Shown piece after piece: positions 38,525 to 49,339 of a stretch of DNA of 64,000 nt. Location: assembly GCA_964500005.1 (NCBI GenBank), contig CAZCMP010000002.1, positions 128,934 to 192,933 of the forward strand, read 5' to 3'. The notes beneath the pieces are model-generated. The model searched no databases and was not told the origin of the DNA. It saw nothing but the letters and a program-made list of their open reading frames with translations. Made by a program: the position numbers and the translations under genes. Within the stretch, counting starts at the first letter, position 1; each line of letters begins with the position of its first letter. This DNA is from an uncultured Thermococci archaeon (GTDB lineage Archaea; Methanobacteriota_B; Thermococci; Methanofastidiosales; Methanofastidiosaceae).

Positions 38525-39565
38525 CTAGTATTCAATTTTTCTTATTATTTCTTCCCCTAAATAGTCCTCAATATCTTTTTTAAGTTTATTAAAATCTGAT
38601 TTCAAAATAGTTTCTCCTTTAAAAAAATGAAATCTTATTCTGTCGCCCGATACATCATCCCCCTCTACCTCAAAAAGAACTGAGCCTCTATAGAAATGCT
38701 CTCCCTTGATAACCCCATCTTTATCGCCGTCAACAATTCCAATCAAGGGCAACCCAAACCTCTTCAAAATATACCCAGAAATTCTTGTTGTGTCGTCCCC
38801 AACAGTTACGGCGCCACATAAATTTGATAGATTTTTGTATATTGAATATGCGTCATGATTTATTAATAGGATATTCTCACCCTGAATCTTCCTAAGTACA
38901 GGCGCATCTCGTGTCTCAAATCCATCGGTGCTATCAACTTTCAAGGAGAGGATATCTAAGTTTCTTATTTTATCCAATCCATGACTTTTTGTTTCCGCCC
39001 CTTGGATTCGTTCTATCTGATTATCTTTGACATATATCCTGACGTCCTTATCAATAATCTTACCCACTACAAGCCCGTTAAACAATAAAAGCTCACCGGG
39101 GTTACATCCCCTTATAGTCCTTATAAGAAAGCTATCCTCTTCCTTTACATCTATTCCCTTACCAGTTGCCTCTTCATTAAATCCAAGAGAAATCAAATAA
39201 TCTTTGATATCGGAAAATCCTCTTTTTACATCAAAGAGAGACTTTGTTTTGATGTCAACGCCCAAGATTTCTCCCTCGAAAGTTGTCCTTTCCCCTATAG
39301 CGCCAAGAAAAGTTCTTGCAGTTTCAATTGATCTAGCTTTCAACACAATCAAGATTGAATTAAATCCTTTAAGTTCTGATATGGCAACTGAAGGTCTTTT
39401 AAAAATAAGTTCAACGCCCTCAACACCGCTATCAAAAAGAGATGTTATTCCCATGGTCCCAACAATATATGACTTTACACTATACCTACTATTTAGTTTA
39501 CTTAGAATATCTTTACTTTGCTCATCGTAAAATATATCGATCCCGTGAAATAATAGGGCTAACAT
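38525..39565 (-). CDS. hypothetical protein (346 aa)
   Basis: ORF with coherent composition and Gly/Asp-rich segments (IGIVDGDKDGVIKGEHF). No family recognised. Confidence 0.4.
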   Translation of the reverse strand: MLALLFHGIDIFYDEQSKDILSKLNSRYSVKSYIVGTMGITSLFDSGVEGVELIFKRPSVAISELKGFNSILIVLKARSIETARTFLGAIGERTTFEGEILGVDIKTKSLFDVKRGFSDIKDYLISLGFNEEATGKGIDVKEEDSFLIRTIRGCNPGELLLFNGLVVGKIIDKDVRIYVKDNQIERIQGAETKSHGLDKIRNLDILSLKVDSTDGFETRDAPVLRKIQGENILLINHDAYSIYKNLSNLCGAVTVGDDTTRISGYILKRFGLPLIGIVDGDKDGVIKGEHFYRGSVLFEVEGDDVSGDRIRFHFFKGETILKSDFNKLKKDIEDYLGEEIIRKIEY

Positions 39566-40914
39566 GGGGTGTTCATCAAAATTTTTATTTCTTCTACAAG
39601 TTTTTTTGCCTTTTCCATAACCTTTGATTCTGCAATAATTCTAACAATCGGTTCCGTATTTGAGGGCCTTATATGTATCCAAGAATCGTCAAGATCAAAC
39701 TTTAATCCATCAATATCTGAGTATGGATAACATTTGAAAAATTCTTTTAAGTAAGGTAGATTTTTTTCAAATGCCCCTCGTGATATATTTATTTTGTCTT
39801 TTATCATATAATATTTCGGAATTTCCGACACTATTGAAGATAAGGGCCTCTTAGATTTCAATAGCCCCAAGAGAACTAATGAGATGGCGGAAAGAGAATC
39901 TCTTGCATATTGCACCTTTGGAAAGATCACTCCTCCGTTTCCTTCTCCGCCAATTATTGCATTGACCCTGATCATTTCCTCTACAACATTTATCTCTCCA
40001 ACCTTCGCCCTTAGAACTTCTCCTCCAAAAGACGAGACTATATCGTCAAGTGCCCTCGTAGTTGATAGATTTGTGACAACAGTTTTAGTATCTGGATTCA
40101 TATGTTCGATGAAAAATTTTGATGCAAGAACTAAAGTATTTTCTTCTCCAATATAATTTCCTTTTTCGTCAAGTATGGCCACTCTATCTGCATCACCATC
40201 AAGGGCAAATCCGATATCGATATTCCCCCTATTCTTGATAAAATCTGAAAAATATGTAAGATTTTCTTTTAAGGGTTCAGGATTTCTAGGAAAAGAAGCT
40301 TTAACATCACAGTTCAATTTAACTACCTTAAATCCAAGCTTCTCAATGAAGTTTGGAATAAAATCAGATCCAGCGGCATTACATGCGTCAACTGCAACTG
40401 TTAGATTGTCTTTACCTTGACAATCAAAATCAATCGCTTGAAGAACAGAGTTAATGTGAAGATCTTTTGAACTTGGGTCTTCGATTAATTTTCCTAGTTT
40501 ATCACATGGTTTGTAATCAAAATTATTTTCTTCTAGATTTTTTTTAATTGAATTAATCTTTTTTTCATTGAAGAAGATCCCGTTGCTCTCGATGAACTTT
40601 AATCCGTTCCATTTCTCAGGATTATGGCTTGCAGTTATCGATATGCCACCGGAAGCATTTTTTATTTTTGTAATAAATTGTACTGTAGGCGTAGGGGCAA
40701 TTCCTATATCAAGAATATCAAATCCCCGAGATTTAAGTGATGAAACAACTGCATCTTTTACCATATCTGCAGAAATTCTTGAATCATTTCCGATTACTAC
40801 TGTTCCCAAAGGTATCTCTTTTGCAAAAGATAAAACGTATTTAGATATTATTTCTGGGGATAGGTTCTCTCCAACAATTCCTCTAAGCCCAGAAACTCCA
40901 AATATAATGTTCAT
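39559..40914 (-). CDS. glmM: phosphohexomutase (phosphoglucosamine mutase / phosphomannomutase family)
   Basis: Active-site Ser motif GISITASHNPEKWNG and Mg-binding DGDADR. Confidence 0.8.
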   Translation of the reverse strand: MNIIFGVSGLRGIVGENLSPEIISKYVLSFAKEIPLGTVVIGNDSRISADMVKDAVVSSLKSRGFDILDIGIAPTPTVQFITKIKNASGGISITASHNPEKWNGLKFIESNGIFFNEKKINSIKKNLEENNFDYKPCDKLGKLIEDPSSKDLHINSVLQAIDFDCQGKDNLTVAVDACNAAGSDFIPNFIEKLGFKVVKLNCDVKASFPRNPEPLKENLTYFSDFIKNRGNIDIGFALDGDADRVAILDEKGNYIGEENTLVLASKFFIEHMNPDTKTVVTNLSTTRALDDIVSSFGGEVLRAKVGEINVVEEMIRVNAIIGGEGNGGVIFPKVQYARDSLSAISLVLLGLLKSKRPLSSIVSEIPKYYMIKDKINISRGAFEKNLPYLKEFFKCYPYSDIDGLKFDLDDSWIHIRPSNTEPIVRIIAESKVMEKAKKLVEEIKILMNTPC

Positions 40915-40918
40915 TGAT

Positions 40919-42196
40919 TCACCCTATAGAGAATTTATTGCAGGATACATTGCATTCTTTCCTTTCATTTTTTGTATGTTCAAATATATTTTTCATCAGT
41001 TCTTCATACTCTTTGGTCAAATGAACTCCCCTTCTTTCTGCCGCCCTAGAATATGTAGTTATGGCAGAATCAAGAAACAGTTCGGAAGGTTCTGAGCCAA
41101 GAGATTTTGCCCACATACAAAAGCTTGGAACATCTTCAGATATTGTGCCATGGATATGCGCTGCAAATCCTATCTTTTTCCCCGTGTATATCATCGTTCC
41201 TATAGAAGATTTCGAATTGTCTCCAGCCACGCAACCGAAAAACTGCTCGCCTGAATCAATTGTCTTTCCACCTAACTTGTATTTTATTTTCCCGTAGGTA
41301 TCTTTTAAATCGCTATTAGATGTACCTGCCCCAAAATTTACCCATTCTCCGAGGTAGGAGTGGCCGATAAATCCATAGTGTTGTTTGTTTGAATACCCAT
41401 GAAATATAGAATCCTCTATCTCTCCTCCAATTTTACAAACATCACCTATGGAGCAGTCTTGGATTCTGCCACTTTTGATGAGGCATTTTTCTCCGATATA
41501 TGTTGGCCCGGCAATCCTGGAAAATGATCTAATATCGGTATTGGGACCTATATAGATTGGCCCCTTTCTGGTATCAAAAACAATGTATTTCTCAAATTCA
41601 ACGTTCTTGTCTATATATACAAGTTTTTTATCTCCAATGATGTCTACGTCGGTTGAGGTAATACTTTCTCCCCTGCAATAATTGAAAAATTCCCTCTCAA
41701 TCTCTTTTTTATTTTCTTTTATAATATCCCAGGGGTATCTCACAAGAGTGATATTAGAAATTTTGAACTCTTTTAACTTCATGTTTCTTATTTTCTCAAT
41801 ATCTTTGTACCCCGAAATATTTATTGAATCAAGTGATTTTTCTTTAAGATAAATAAATGCGATTTCATTATTAAAATAATAAATGCCTTCTTCGCGGATA
41901 TCCGGCCTTTCCTTTAAGATAACCCTACCGTTAATGAAAAGTATGCCCCCTTTGAGTGGTCTTTCAAGGATGCGACCATTTTTTGAAAATAAAGGTTTTA
42001 GGTAGTCCCTCATCAAAAAATATGTAGTTGAATTGGGAAAATGAAATTGAGTTTTTTCTCTTAGAGTTTTAAATCCGCATCTCAACTCAAAAAGAGGTCT
42101 TGAATAGGTAAGGGGTAAAAAGTTCTCATAAAGACTGTCTTCAAATATACATATGTTTTCCAATGAATCCCCTAATATTTTTTCATAGATATACAT
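40919..42196 (-). CDS. GlmU-like protein: degenerate nucleotidyltransferase-like N-domain plus C-terminal left-handed beta-helix (hexapeptide) acyltransferase repeats
   Basis: C-terminal hexapeptide-like repeats (…IGEKCLIKSGRIQDCSIGDVCKIGGEIEDSIF…). The N-terminus has LPLTYSRP but lacks a clear GxGTR(L/M) motif. Adjacent to glmM. Confidence 0.45.
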   Translation of the reverse strand: MYIYEKILGDSLENICIFEDSLYENFLPLTYSRPLFELRCGFKTLREKTQFHFPNSTTYFLMRDYLKPLFSKNGRILERPLKGGILFINGRVILKERPDIREEGIYYFNNEIAFIYLKEKSLDSINISGYKDIEKIRNMKLKEFKISNITLVRYPWDIIKENKKEIEREFFNYCRGESITSTDVDIIGDKKLVYIDKNVEFEKYIVFDTRKGPIYIGPNTDIRSFSRIAGPTYIGEKCLIKSGRIQDCSIGDVCKIGGEIEDSIFHGYSNKQHYGFIGHSYLGEWVNFGAGTSNSDLKDTYGKIKYKLGGKTIDSGEQFFGCVAGDNSKSSIGTMIYTGKKIGFAAHIHGTISEDVPSFCMWAKSLGSEPSELFLDSAITTYSRAAERRGVHLTKEYEELMKNIFEHTKNERKECNVSCNKFSIG

Positions 42197-42252
42197 TTAA
42201 AAGTTGTGATTAAAATAAGAAAATCAATAAAAATATACTTCAGAAGATAGAT

Positions 42253-42729
42253 TTGATGAAAGACCTAGAATTATTTCTTAAAACAGTCCTTAAAAAAAAA
42301 CTGGTCATAATAGGGGTGGGTAGTGAGCTTCGTGGCGATGATGGAGTCGGGCCATATCTATCGGAAAAACTTTCACAATTTAATGGTGAAAATTTTCTGA
42401 GTATAAATGGCGATTTAGTCCCAGAGAACTTTACCCAGGATCTACGAATGTTCAGGCCTGAGGAAGTAATTTTAATAGATGCAGCCTTTATGGAAAAATC
42501 TCCTGGCGAAATAGATATTATAAAAGTAAACGAATTATCGGGCGTGTCATTTTCATCTCATTCAATGCCACTATCGGTACTTGGAAGATACCTATCAAAT
42601 GAAATTGGGGCCAGTGTACATATTCTTGGGATACAGGCAGCGAATGTTGAGTTTGGAAACGATATTTCCCCAAAGGTTAAAGATGCTGCAGATAAAATAT
42701 TTGAAATCATTAAAATAGTGGTAGATTAG
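42253..42729 (+). CDS. [NiFe]-hydrogenase maturation endopeptidase (HycI/FrhD/HyaD family)
   Basis: Signature LVIIGVGSELRGDDGVGPY (GxGNxxxGDDGxG) in a ~158-aa protein. Confidence 0.7.
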   Translation: MMKDLELFLKTVLKKKLVIIGVGSELRGDDGVGPYLSEKLSQFNGENFLSINGDLVPENFTQDLRMFRPEEVILIDAAFMEKSPGEIDIIKVNELSGVSFSSHSMPLSVLGRYLSNEIGASVHILGIQAANVEFGNDISPKVKDAADKIFEIIKIVVD

Positions 42730-43202
42730 TCCCCATTTAATTTTTCTAAAAGTTTTGTTATTTCTGTGTCACTAAGTTCTTTAATTCTATATTTTTTCAA
42801 AAGCTGATCGCGATTATGAATTAGTTGTGATTCTTCTTTTTTTAAGTCTTTTAAAACAATGCATTCAGGATGGGATACCTTGATCATATCGATGCCATCC
42901 AAATTTAACCTAACAACAGAAACTCCGCACCTTTGAGATTCAAAAGGATCTTGAAGCCCGCATTCGTTGCCATATAAAAATTCATCAGTGTTTTGTAATT
43001 TAAGAGACCCACCTAAGATTTCTCCTTCAGAAAGAATGATCTTTATCTCTTCCTCATACTCGCCCTTATCAGCTAATATCCTTAGATAACCAGTAAAGCC
43101 GTCAAATTCTTTTATAGTTTCTTTGACAAATTCTTCAAGAGAATTTTTCTTCAGATTATATTTAACAGAAGTCTTTACTATGTGCCCTTTTGGGAGCTTC
43201 AT
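42726..43202 (-). CDS. hypothetical protein (158 aa)
   Basis: ORF only. Confidence 0.3.
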   Translation of the reverse strand: MKLPKGHIVKTSVKYNLKKNSLEEFVKETIKEFDGFTGYLRILADKGEYEEEIKIILSEGEILGGSLKLQNTDEFLYGNECGLQDPFESQRCGVSVVRLNLDGIDMIKVSHPECIVLKDLKKEESQLIHNRDQLLKKYRIKELSDTEITKLLEKLNGD

Positions 43203-43220
43203 AAAAACAACTAATATTTT

Positions 43221-43709
43221 TTAGTCTTTAAATCTTTCGAAGGATACAATGCATGGCTCGTTCTCATTGAATTCAAAGTTATACTTGTATTTTAGAGACT
43301 CTCCCTCCAAATTGTAATCTAGAGAGCCAAGTAAGGTTATAGCTCGAAGGCACGCAATTTCTTTTTTTTCTAAGGTCAATTTCTTGCAATGAGATTTGTA
43401 AGGGCATTGAATGGCCTTGAAGGTAAAATTTTTATCATCGCCTCCAAATTCAAAATCATCAGGATTAAAAAACTGAGCTGTTACAAGTGCATCAATGAAC
43501 ATCTTGACAGTTTCATAAGGGCTTAATCCTTTTTTAAACTCCATGCCCAGTTCGCCCCATGCCTCAATGAATGGATGAATAGCCATTGTCCCCCATTTCC
43601 TGTAAAATAACTTGGGCCTATCGAAAAAAACATTGGCTGTTGACTCAACGCCATAAAGCCATGCGTTCATAATAACTTGCGTAAATTTTAACTTCCTATC
43701 TACTGACAT
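43221..43709 (-). CDS. hypothetical protein (162 aa)
   Basis: ORF only. Confidence 0.3.
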   Translation of the reverse strand: MSVDRKLKFTQVIMNAWLYGVESTANVFFDRPKLFYRKWGTMAIHPFIEAWGELGMEFKKGLSPYETVKMFIDALVTAQFFNPDDFEFGGDDKNFTFKAIQCPYKSHCKKLTLEKKEIACLRAITLLGSLDYNLEGESLKYKYNFEFNENEPCIVSFERFKD

Positions 43710-43836
43710 ATGCTCTACCTCACTAAAAATTAATTTCGGTTAATATTTATTATATGTTTCTTTTATTTAAGTTTTTCTAGAATTAATCATTAAATTTAAA
43801 TTTGTTTTAGATATCAATTTTCTGGAGAGTAAAAAA

Positions 43837-44364
43837 ATGCATATAACAAAAAACGAAGATATTAAGATGCTTTCATCACTTGGCGAATGGGAGCTAATTG
43901 ATCTTTTGCTTTTCAACATAAAAAATCTTTGGAGGGTTGATGGTCTGTACTTTTTAGGTATAGAAGAGAAATTTGGAACAGATCAAGCCATTGAAATAGA
44001 TTCCAGGTGCTGGGAGTACATAGCAAAGATTGAATCTAATTATTTGAAGGATATGTTTTCACTTGAACCAAACTTAGAAGGTCTTGCAAAAGCATTGAGA
44101 TTAACAAGCTGGGCACTTAATCATCCCTCAAAAGAGATAGAAATTAAGGATAACGAGCTCATATTTAGAATAACAGATTGTCACACTCAAAAAACAAGAG
44201 CAGAAAAAGGACTTACAATATTTTCATGCAAAAATGTAAGATTAAATTACCTAAAAATATTTGCCGAAAATTTTTCTCCTAATATTAACGTATGTTGTAG
44301 TATATGCCCTCCCGATGAACATCCGGAGAATATTTGGTGTGAATGGCGTTTTACAATGAAATAA
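43837..44364 (+). CDS. hypothetical Cys-containing protein (175 aa)
   Basis: ORF with C-terminal Cys cluster CCSICPPDEHPENIWCEW. Confidence 0.35.
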   Translation: MHITKNEDIKMLSSLGEWELIDLLLFNIKNLWRVDGLYFLGIEEKFGTDQAIEIDSRCWEYIAKIESNYLKDMFSLEPNLEGLAKALRLTSWALNHPSKEIEIKDNELIFRITDCHTQKTRAEKGLTIFSCKNVRLNYLKIFAENFSPNINVCCSICPPDEHPENIWCEWRFTMK

Positions 44365-44576
44365 CAATAGAAAAGGTTAAAAATAAGGTTGTCCTAAAAT
44401 TTGAAAGTGAGATTATGGCTACGTGGAAAAATACCTCAAATGACATAGTCAAATGCCCCAAGTGCGGCTTTGTCTTTTCAAAGCAATACTCAAGAGTAGT
44501 ATCGTGCAAAACATGCCCTATGGCGACATCTGGGTGCGTTTTGATAAAGTGTCCCAGATGCCAAGAGGAATTCTAA
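44343..44576 (+). CDS. Zn-ribbon protein (77 aa)
   Basis: CPKCGF…CKTCP…CPRC pairs. Overlaps the upstream ORF by 22 nt. Confidence 0.35.
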   Translation: MAFYNEITIEKVKNKVVLKFESEIMATWKNTSNDIVKCPKCGFVFSKQYSRVVSCKTCPMATSGCVLIKCPRCQEEF

Positions 44577-44716
44577 AGATTAAATACTGATAATATTCCC
44601 TGTAGTTATATTAATACCGAAAAATATATAAAGAATGGCATAAAAGAAAATTTGGGAGGAGAGAATATATTCCGATTATGATTACCCTCCTTTATGTCCA
44701 AAAGATTCCATAGGAT

Positions 44717-46075
44717 TTGCCCTTTGGGCTCTCTCCTCCTAAAAATGAGGTAGATACATTGCAGTATTGGGATAAACAGATAGAAACAATGAAAAGAGAT
44801 GAACTGGAAGCATTCCAGCTCAAACATCTTAAACATATGGTAAATCATGCTTACAACAATAGTGAATACTATAGAAATAGTTTTAGGGAAGCTGGATTAT
44901 CCCCTGAAGATGTTAAGAGCCTCTCGGATCTTAGCAAACTTCCAACTATTCAAAAGGACAATATCAGGAAGGATCAAGAAGCCTGTCCCCCTCTAGGAAA
45001 AATGACTGCGGTGCCTGAAGACGAGGTAGTATACATATCAGTTTCAAGCGGGTCAACGGGAATGCCAACTGCATCGCCTTTTACATTTCAAGATTTTGAA
45101 GATTTTATGGATTTTGAAGCAAGACTATTCTATTCATCAGGTATGAGAAAAAACGATAGGTACTGTCATGCTTTGAATATGTCGCTTTTTGTTGGTGGAC
45201 CATGTGTATTGGGCGCTCAAAAGATTGGGGCCTTGTGTATCCATGCAGGAACAATCCCTTCAGAAAGATTACTTAGAATAATGATGCAATTCCAGCCAAC
45301 GATTACTTGGACAACGCCATCTTATGCATGGTATCTTGGCGAAACTGCAGAAAAACAAGGCATTGATGTAGCTCATGATACCTCAATAAACAAAATCTTT
45401 GTTGCAGGAGAGCCTGGGGGCTCTATTGACGCAACAAAAAAGAGAATTGAGCAGCTTTGGGACGCCGATGTGTATGATTACTATGGATTGTCAGATATAT
45501 TTGGTGCTTGTGCCGGAGAATGCGAGGAAAAAGCGGGGCTCCACTTTGCTGAAGACCACATGATAGTTGAAGTCTTAGACCTAAAGACTGGAGAGCCTGT
45601 AGGTGAAAATGAAGAAGGTGAAATGGTACTCACAACAATTAAAAAAATGGCAAGACCTATGATAAGATTTAGAACTGGCGACCTTGTTTCATATGAGATT
45701 GATAAATGCGCATGTGGAAGAACACACAAAAGGTTGATGGGGATATGTGGAAGAACAGATGACATGCTCATCATTAAAGGAGTAAATGTATTACCTTCAA
45801 GTGTGGAGCCAGTGGTAAGGAACAACAAAAAACTTTCTGGGGAATACAGGCTTGTAGTAGATAGAGTAAATCACCTTGATGTCCTGACTATCGAAGTTGA
45901 AAGTGTATGCGATTACAAAGGAGAGCCAAAATTATTAGAAAGTGAAGTTCAGCGTGATCTTAGGGCAGTCTTGGGTATAACACCTAAGGTAATATTATAC
46001 CAAGATGGCACATTACCAAGAGAAACGCACAAAGCCAAAAGGATTAAAGACAACAGAAAAAACGTCTGGAAATAA
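44717..46075 (+). CDS. phenylacetate-CoA ligase / coenzyme F390 synthetase family (adenylate-forming)
   Basis: AMP-binding motif YISVSSGSTGMPT and PaaK-like N-terminal region (…DELEAFQLKHLKHMVNHAYNNSEYYRNSFREAGLSPEDV…). Confidence 0.75.
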   Translation: MPFGLSPPKNEVDTLQYWDKQIETMKRDELEAFQLKHLKHMVNHAYNNSEYYRNSFREAGLSPEDVKSLSDLSKLPTIQKDNIRKDQEACPPLGKMTAVPEDEVVYISVSSGSTGMPTASPFTFQDFEDFMDFEARLFYSSGMRKNDRYCHALNMSLFVGGPCVLGAQKIGALCIHAGTIPSERLLRIMMQFQPTITWTTPSYAWYLGETAEKQGIDVAHDTSINKIFVAGEPGGSIDATKKRIEQLWDADVYDYYGLSDIFGACAGECEEKAGLHFAEDHMIVEVLDLKTGEPVGENEEGEMVLTTIKKMARPMIRFRTGDLVSYEIDKCACGRTHKRLMGICGRTDDMLIIKGVNVLPSSVEPVVRNNKKLSGEYRLVVDRVNHLDVLTIEVESVCDYKGEPKLLESEVQRDLRAVLGITPKVILYQDGTLPRETHKAKRIKDNRKNVWK

Positions 46076-46106
46076 AATTTTATTTTATATAAAATTAAAA
46101 AATATT

Positions 46107-47756
46107 TTAGAATATATCTATTGCCCTAGAGAGAACGTTGCTTCCCCTATATTCAGGAAGTATCATGGGTGATTTTCTACTCTCCGGAACGCCTGCTTTT
46201 TTCAGCTGTTCAGAATATTTTGTAATGTGCGAAAGTGTTAGATTTCCAACAGATGCTTTCTTTGCATATCTTGCTGCAGAAATTCCTGCCCTTCTCCCAA
46301 AGACGGAGTAGTCCAGAAGAGAGTTTCCCATTAGCCTGTTCTTTCCATGAACTCCCCCAGTGACCTCTCCTCCAGCAAATAGCCCTTTTAATTCTGTTGC
46401 ACCACTTGCGTCTATCACTATCCCTCCATTTTGGTAGTGCAATGTAGGGAATACGAGTATTGGATCTTCAACCATGTTTATGCCAAACCTCTTAAACATC
46501 CTGTACATAGCAGATAGCTCCCTCTCTGTAACGCCTTCTCCTTTCAACATATTAATCATAGGCGAATCAAGCCATACTCCCTGCATTCCAGTCGGAGTTT
46601 CAACACCACCTGCTGCCCCATAACACTCTTTTATGAACGCTGCGCTTTCAACATCCCTTGGCTCAAGGGGGTGTACAAACATTTCCCCCTCTCTGTTCAA
46701 AGGCTGTGCTCCGAGACCTCTGACTTTTTCAGTTATTAATAGACCAACTATTTGTTCCGGGAAAGCGGCCCCTGTTGGGTGATACTGCACAGAATCCATA
46801 TCCCTAAGTCTCGCTCCGCACCTGTAAGCCATTGCAAGCCCATCTGCTGTTGCCCCATAATGATTTGTTGTTGGAAATCCTTGAATATGAAGCCTGCCAA
46901 ATCCGCCTGTTGCCATAACAGTTGCTTTAGCCCTAACGACGTAATATTGGGAGGTCTCGATATTGAAAAGAATGGCTCCAGCTACTTGGCCTTTATCGTC
47001 CATCAAAAGTTCTATTGCAGGTGAAAACTCAACTGCAGGGATTGATAAGTTTATGAATTCATCCCTAATAACCCTGAGTAGCTCCATTCCAGTATAGTCT
47101 TTAGCAGAGTGCATCCTTTTTCTTGATGTGCCACCACCATGGATGGTAATCATTGTTCCGTCCTTTTGCTTGTCAAACATGACCCCTTTTTCTTCAAACC
47201 ATTTTATCAAAGCAGGACCATCAGTAACTAGCGCGTCTACTAGTTCTGGATTATTTGCAAAATGGCCTCCTCCTATGACATCAAGATAGTGGATTTCAGG
47301 AGAATCGTTGGATTTGTCTGCCGCTTGTATCCCTCCTTGTGCCATAATCGAGTTTGAATCGCCGTGCCTTAACTTAGTTGTCATGAGTATATCGTCTGGA
47401 TCTATGCCCTCATACGTGGCCCAGATGCCTGCCATTGTTCCTGCCCCGCCTCCTCCAATAATGAGAAGGTCAACATCATAGTCGATGTTAGAAAGATCAA
47501 TATCTTTTTCAGATATACGGGGATATGCTTCAATTAAATCGGCAACTTCAAATGGAACTATCTCTCCCTTTGAGGAACCAACTGAAAGAGTTCTCTTTAC
47601 CTCGGGTTTGTAGTCTGGATGGTACTTGTTTAGAACATCGTCCCTCTCTTCCATTGACATCTGTTTATACTGTGCTTTGAGTCTTTTCTCCCTGGTCTTT
47701 TCAACCTTCTCAATAGATTCCCTCATAGATTCTGGATAACCTTTAATAAGCTTCAT
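46107..47756 (-). CDS. fumarate reductase/succinate dehydrogenase-type flavoprotein subunit (thiol:fumarate reductase TfrA-like) with ~95-aa N-terminal extension
   Basis: FAD Rossmann DLLIIGGGGAGTMAG, conserved FrdA/SdhA-type segments (…HYGATADGLAMAYRCG…, …HPTG…). Confidence 0.8.
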   Translation of the reverse strand: MKLIKGYPESMRESIEKVEKTREKRLKAQYKQMSMEERDDVLNKYHPDYKPEVKRTLSVGSSKGEIVPFEVADLIEAYPRISEKDIDLSNIDYDVDLLIIGGGGAGTMAGIWATYEGIDPDDILMTTKLRHGDSNSIMAQGGIQAADKSNDSPEIHYLDVIGGGHFANNPELVDALVTDGPALIKWFEEKGVMFDKQKDGTMITIHGGGTSRKRMHSAKDYTGMELLRVIRDEFINLSIPAVEFSPAIELLMDDKGQVAGAILFNIETSQYYVVRAKATVMATGGFGRLHIQGFPTTNHYGATADGLAMAYRCGARLRDMDSVQYHPTGAAFPEQIVGLLITEKVRGLGAQPLNREGEMFVHPLEPRDVESAAFIKECYGAAGGVETPTGMQGVWLDSPMINMLKGEGVTERELSAMYRMFKRFGINMVEDPILVFPTLHYQNGGIVIDASGATELKGLFAGGEVTGGVHGKNRLMGNSLLDYSVFGRRAGISAARYAKKASVGNLTLSHITKYSEQLKKAGVPESRKSPMILPEYRGSNVLSRAIDIF

Positions 47757-47764
47757 AAAAACAC

Positions 47765-48451
47765 CTACTCAATCGACCTCTTCTTGTAAAGCTCCTTTAT
47801 TTCATCCGGCTTCATAGATTTTAACTTTGAAATCTCTTCCTTTGTAATTCCGCTATTAACTTTGGCTACTGCTTCTTCTGTGTGGGCTGCTTTTGGAGCA
47901 ACAAACTTTCCATTAAGCCTTCTTGCAAGTTGCCCAACATGATACTGGGTAATTTCAGCTGGGCATCTAAAAGCACAAAGCCCGCACTGAACACAATCAA
48001 ATGATAGGGTGGCTGCCTTTTCTATATCCCCCCTTAGTGAAGCCTGGACATAATCCATTACCTTTAGCTCCTGTGGACAGACTTTTGTGCAGCTGTTGCA
48101 ACTGATACACCTCGCTATTTCAGGATACTCTTTTAGAAGTGCGTTGTGGGCAATATTGAGTTTTTCCATATCATACTTTTTCTTATTAGCAGGAGTAAAC
48201 GGAAGGTGGACAAGATACATGCCGTCCTCAACGGTGGTCTGGCATGCCAATGCTGATTTTAGCTTATAATCATTCTTTAATCTGTAAATGGTAGCGCAAG
48301 CACCACAAAAGCCAGCTCTGCAACCTGCCCCTCTTGTATACCTGTAGCCTGCATACTCCATGGACTTCATCAGGGTTAAGCCTGATGGAACTTTATACTC
48401 CTTACCCATAATAAATACACTTACCAACGGGATCTGATTTTTTTCAGCCAA
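47765..48451 (-). CDS. iron-sulfur subunit, SdhB/FrdB-like (N-terminal half of a TfrB-like protein)
   Basis: [2Fe-2S] motif GCRAGFCGACA and two CxxCxxCxxxCP clusters (CISCNSCTKVCP, CVQCGLCAFRCP). Confidence 0.7.
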   Translation of the reverse strand: MAEKNQIPLVSVFIMGKEYKVPSGLTLMKSMEYAGYRYTRGAGCRAGFCGACATIYRLKNDYKLKSALACQTTVEDGMYLVHLPFTPANKKKYDMEKLNIAHNALLKEYPEIARCISCNSCTKVCPQELKVMDYVQASLRGDIEKAATLSFDCVQCGLCAFRCPAEITQYHVGQLARRLNGKFVAPKAAHTEEAVAKVNSGITKEEISKLKSMKPDEIKELYKKRSIE

Positions 48452-49339
48452 CTATAACCCCCCTCTTTCTTCAAATTTATTTTTAATAAACATATAATCC
48501 TCCAAATATTTTTCATTGTTCTCTGAAAGAGAAATTCTCAATAATTCTGATAAATAAATAACAGGAGTTTTGTGATTTATTTTTCCTTTTTCAAACAAAC
48601 TCTTCTGTGCAGTTGTGAGATTGTATTGACAAAGTGGGCATGGGGTGACGATTACATCAGCCCCCTTGCTTTGAGAAATACTGACAATCCTCTGAACGCA
48701 ATCTGAGACCGCTTCTTTGTTTGTTATAATCTGATGTGCCCCACAGCACTCAACTGTCATTGGATTCTCAATAACTTCTGCCCCAAGAGCAGAAAGTATG
48801 TCGCCCATAATGTGCGGGGCGTCTTGATCATCTAGTGCGATTGTTTTTGGCCTAAGCAGCATACATCCATAATATGGGTCAACCTTTAGGTTTTTTAGAG
48901 GTGTTTTTACCTTTTCCTTAATTTTTTCAGGGCCTATATCATTATACAATACTTCTAGAAAATGCATGACCTCTATATTTCCTAAATAGTCTTCTTCTGT
49001 ATCCATGAAAAGGTTGACGTTATAGAGCTTGTCCGGATTGTTTTTATACAGCAAATTAACCTGTTTTAAAACGTTGTAGCACATTGAGCAAAGGGTCACA
49101 AGCTTATTAGTCTTAAGCTCCCTTCCCATTTCTTGTGCTCTTATCAGAGTCCTTGTGGCGGACAGATGGTCAGCCATAACATCTGACGTTAAGTTATATA
49201 CAACGCCACAACATGTCCAGCTAGGAAGCTCCTTTAGTTCAAATCCCAAAAGTTTTGCGACTTCAAATGCCGCCTCTTCATCCTTCTTCCCAGTAGTCTT
49301 TAGTGTACAACCTGGGTAATAAGGATACTCCATCACCAT
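48452..49339 (-). CDS. HdrB-like protein with two CCG (Cys-rich) domains
   Basis: Two CCG motifs (WTCCGVVYN…CSMCYN; VECCGAHQ…TPCPLCQYN). Abuts the SdhB-like gene with no gap. Confidence 0.75.
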   Translation of the reverse strand: MVMEYPYYPGCTLKTTGKKDEEAAFEVAKLLGFELKELPSWTCCGVVYNLTSDVMADHLSATRTLIRAQEMGRELKTNKLVTLCSMCYNVLKQVNLLYKNNPDKLYNVNLFMDTEEDYLGNIEVMHFLEVLYNDIGPEKIKEKVKTPLKNLKVDPYYGCMLLRPKTIALDDQDAPHIMGDILSALGAEVIENPMTVECCGAHQIITNKEAVSDCVQRIVSISQSKGADVIVTPCPLCQYNLTTAQKSLFEKGKINHKTPVIYLSELLRISLSENNEKYLEDYMFIKNKFEERGGL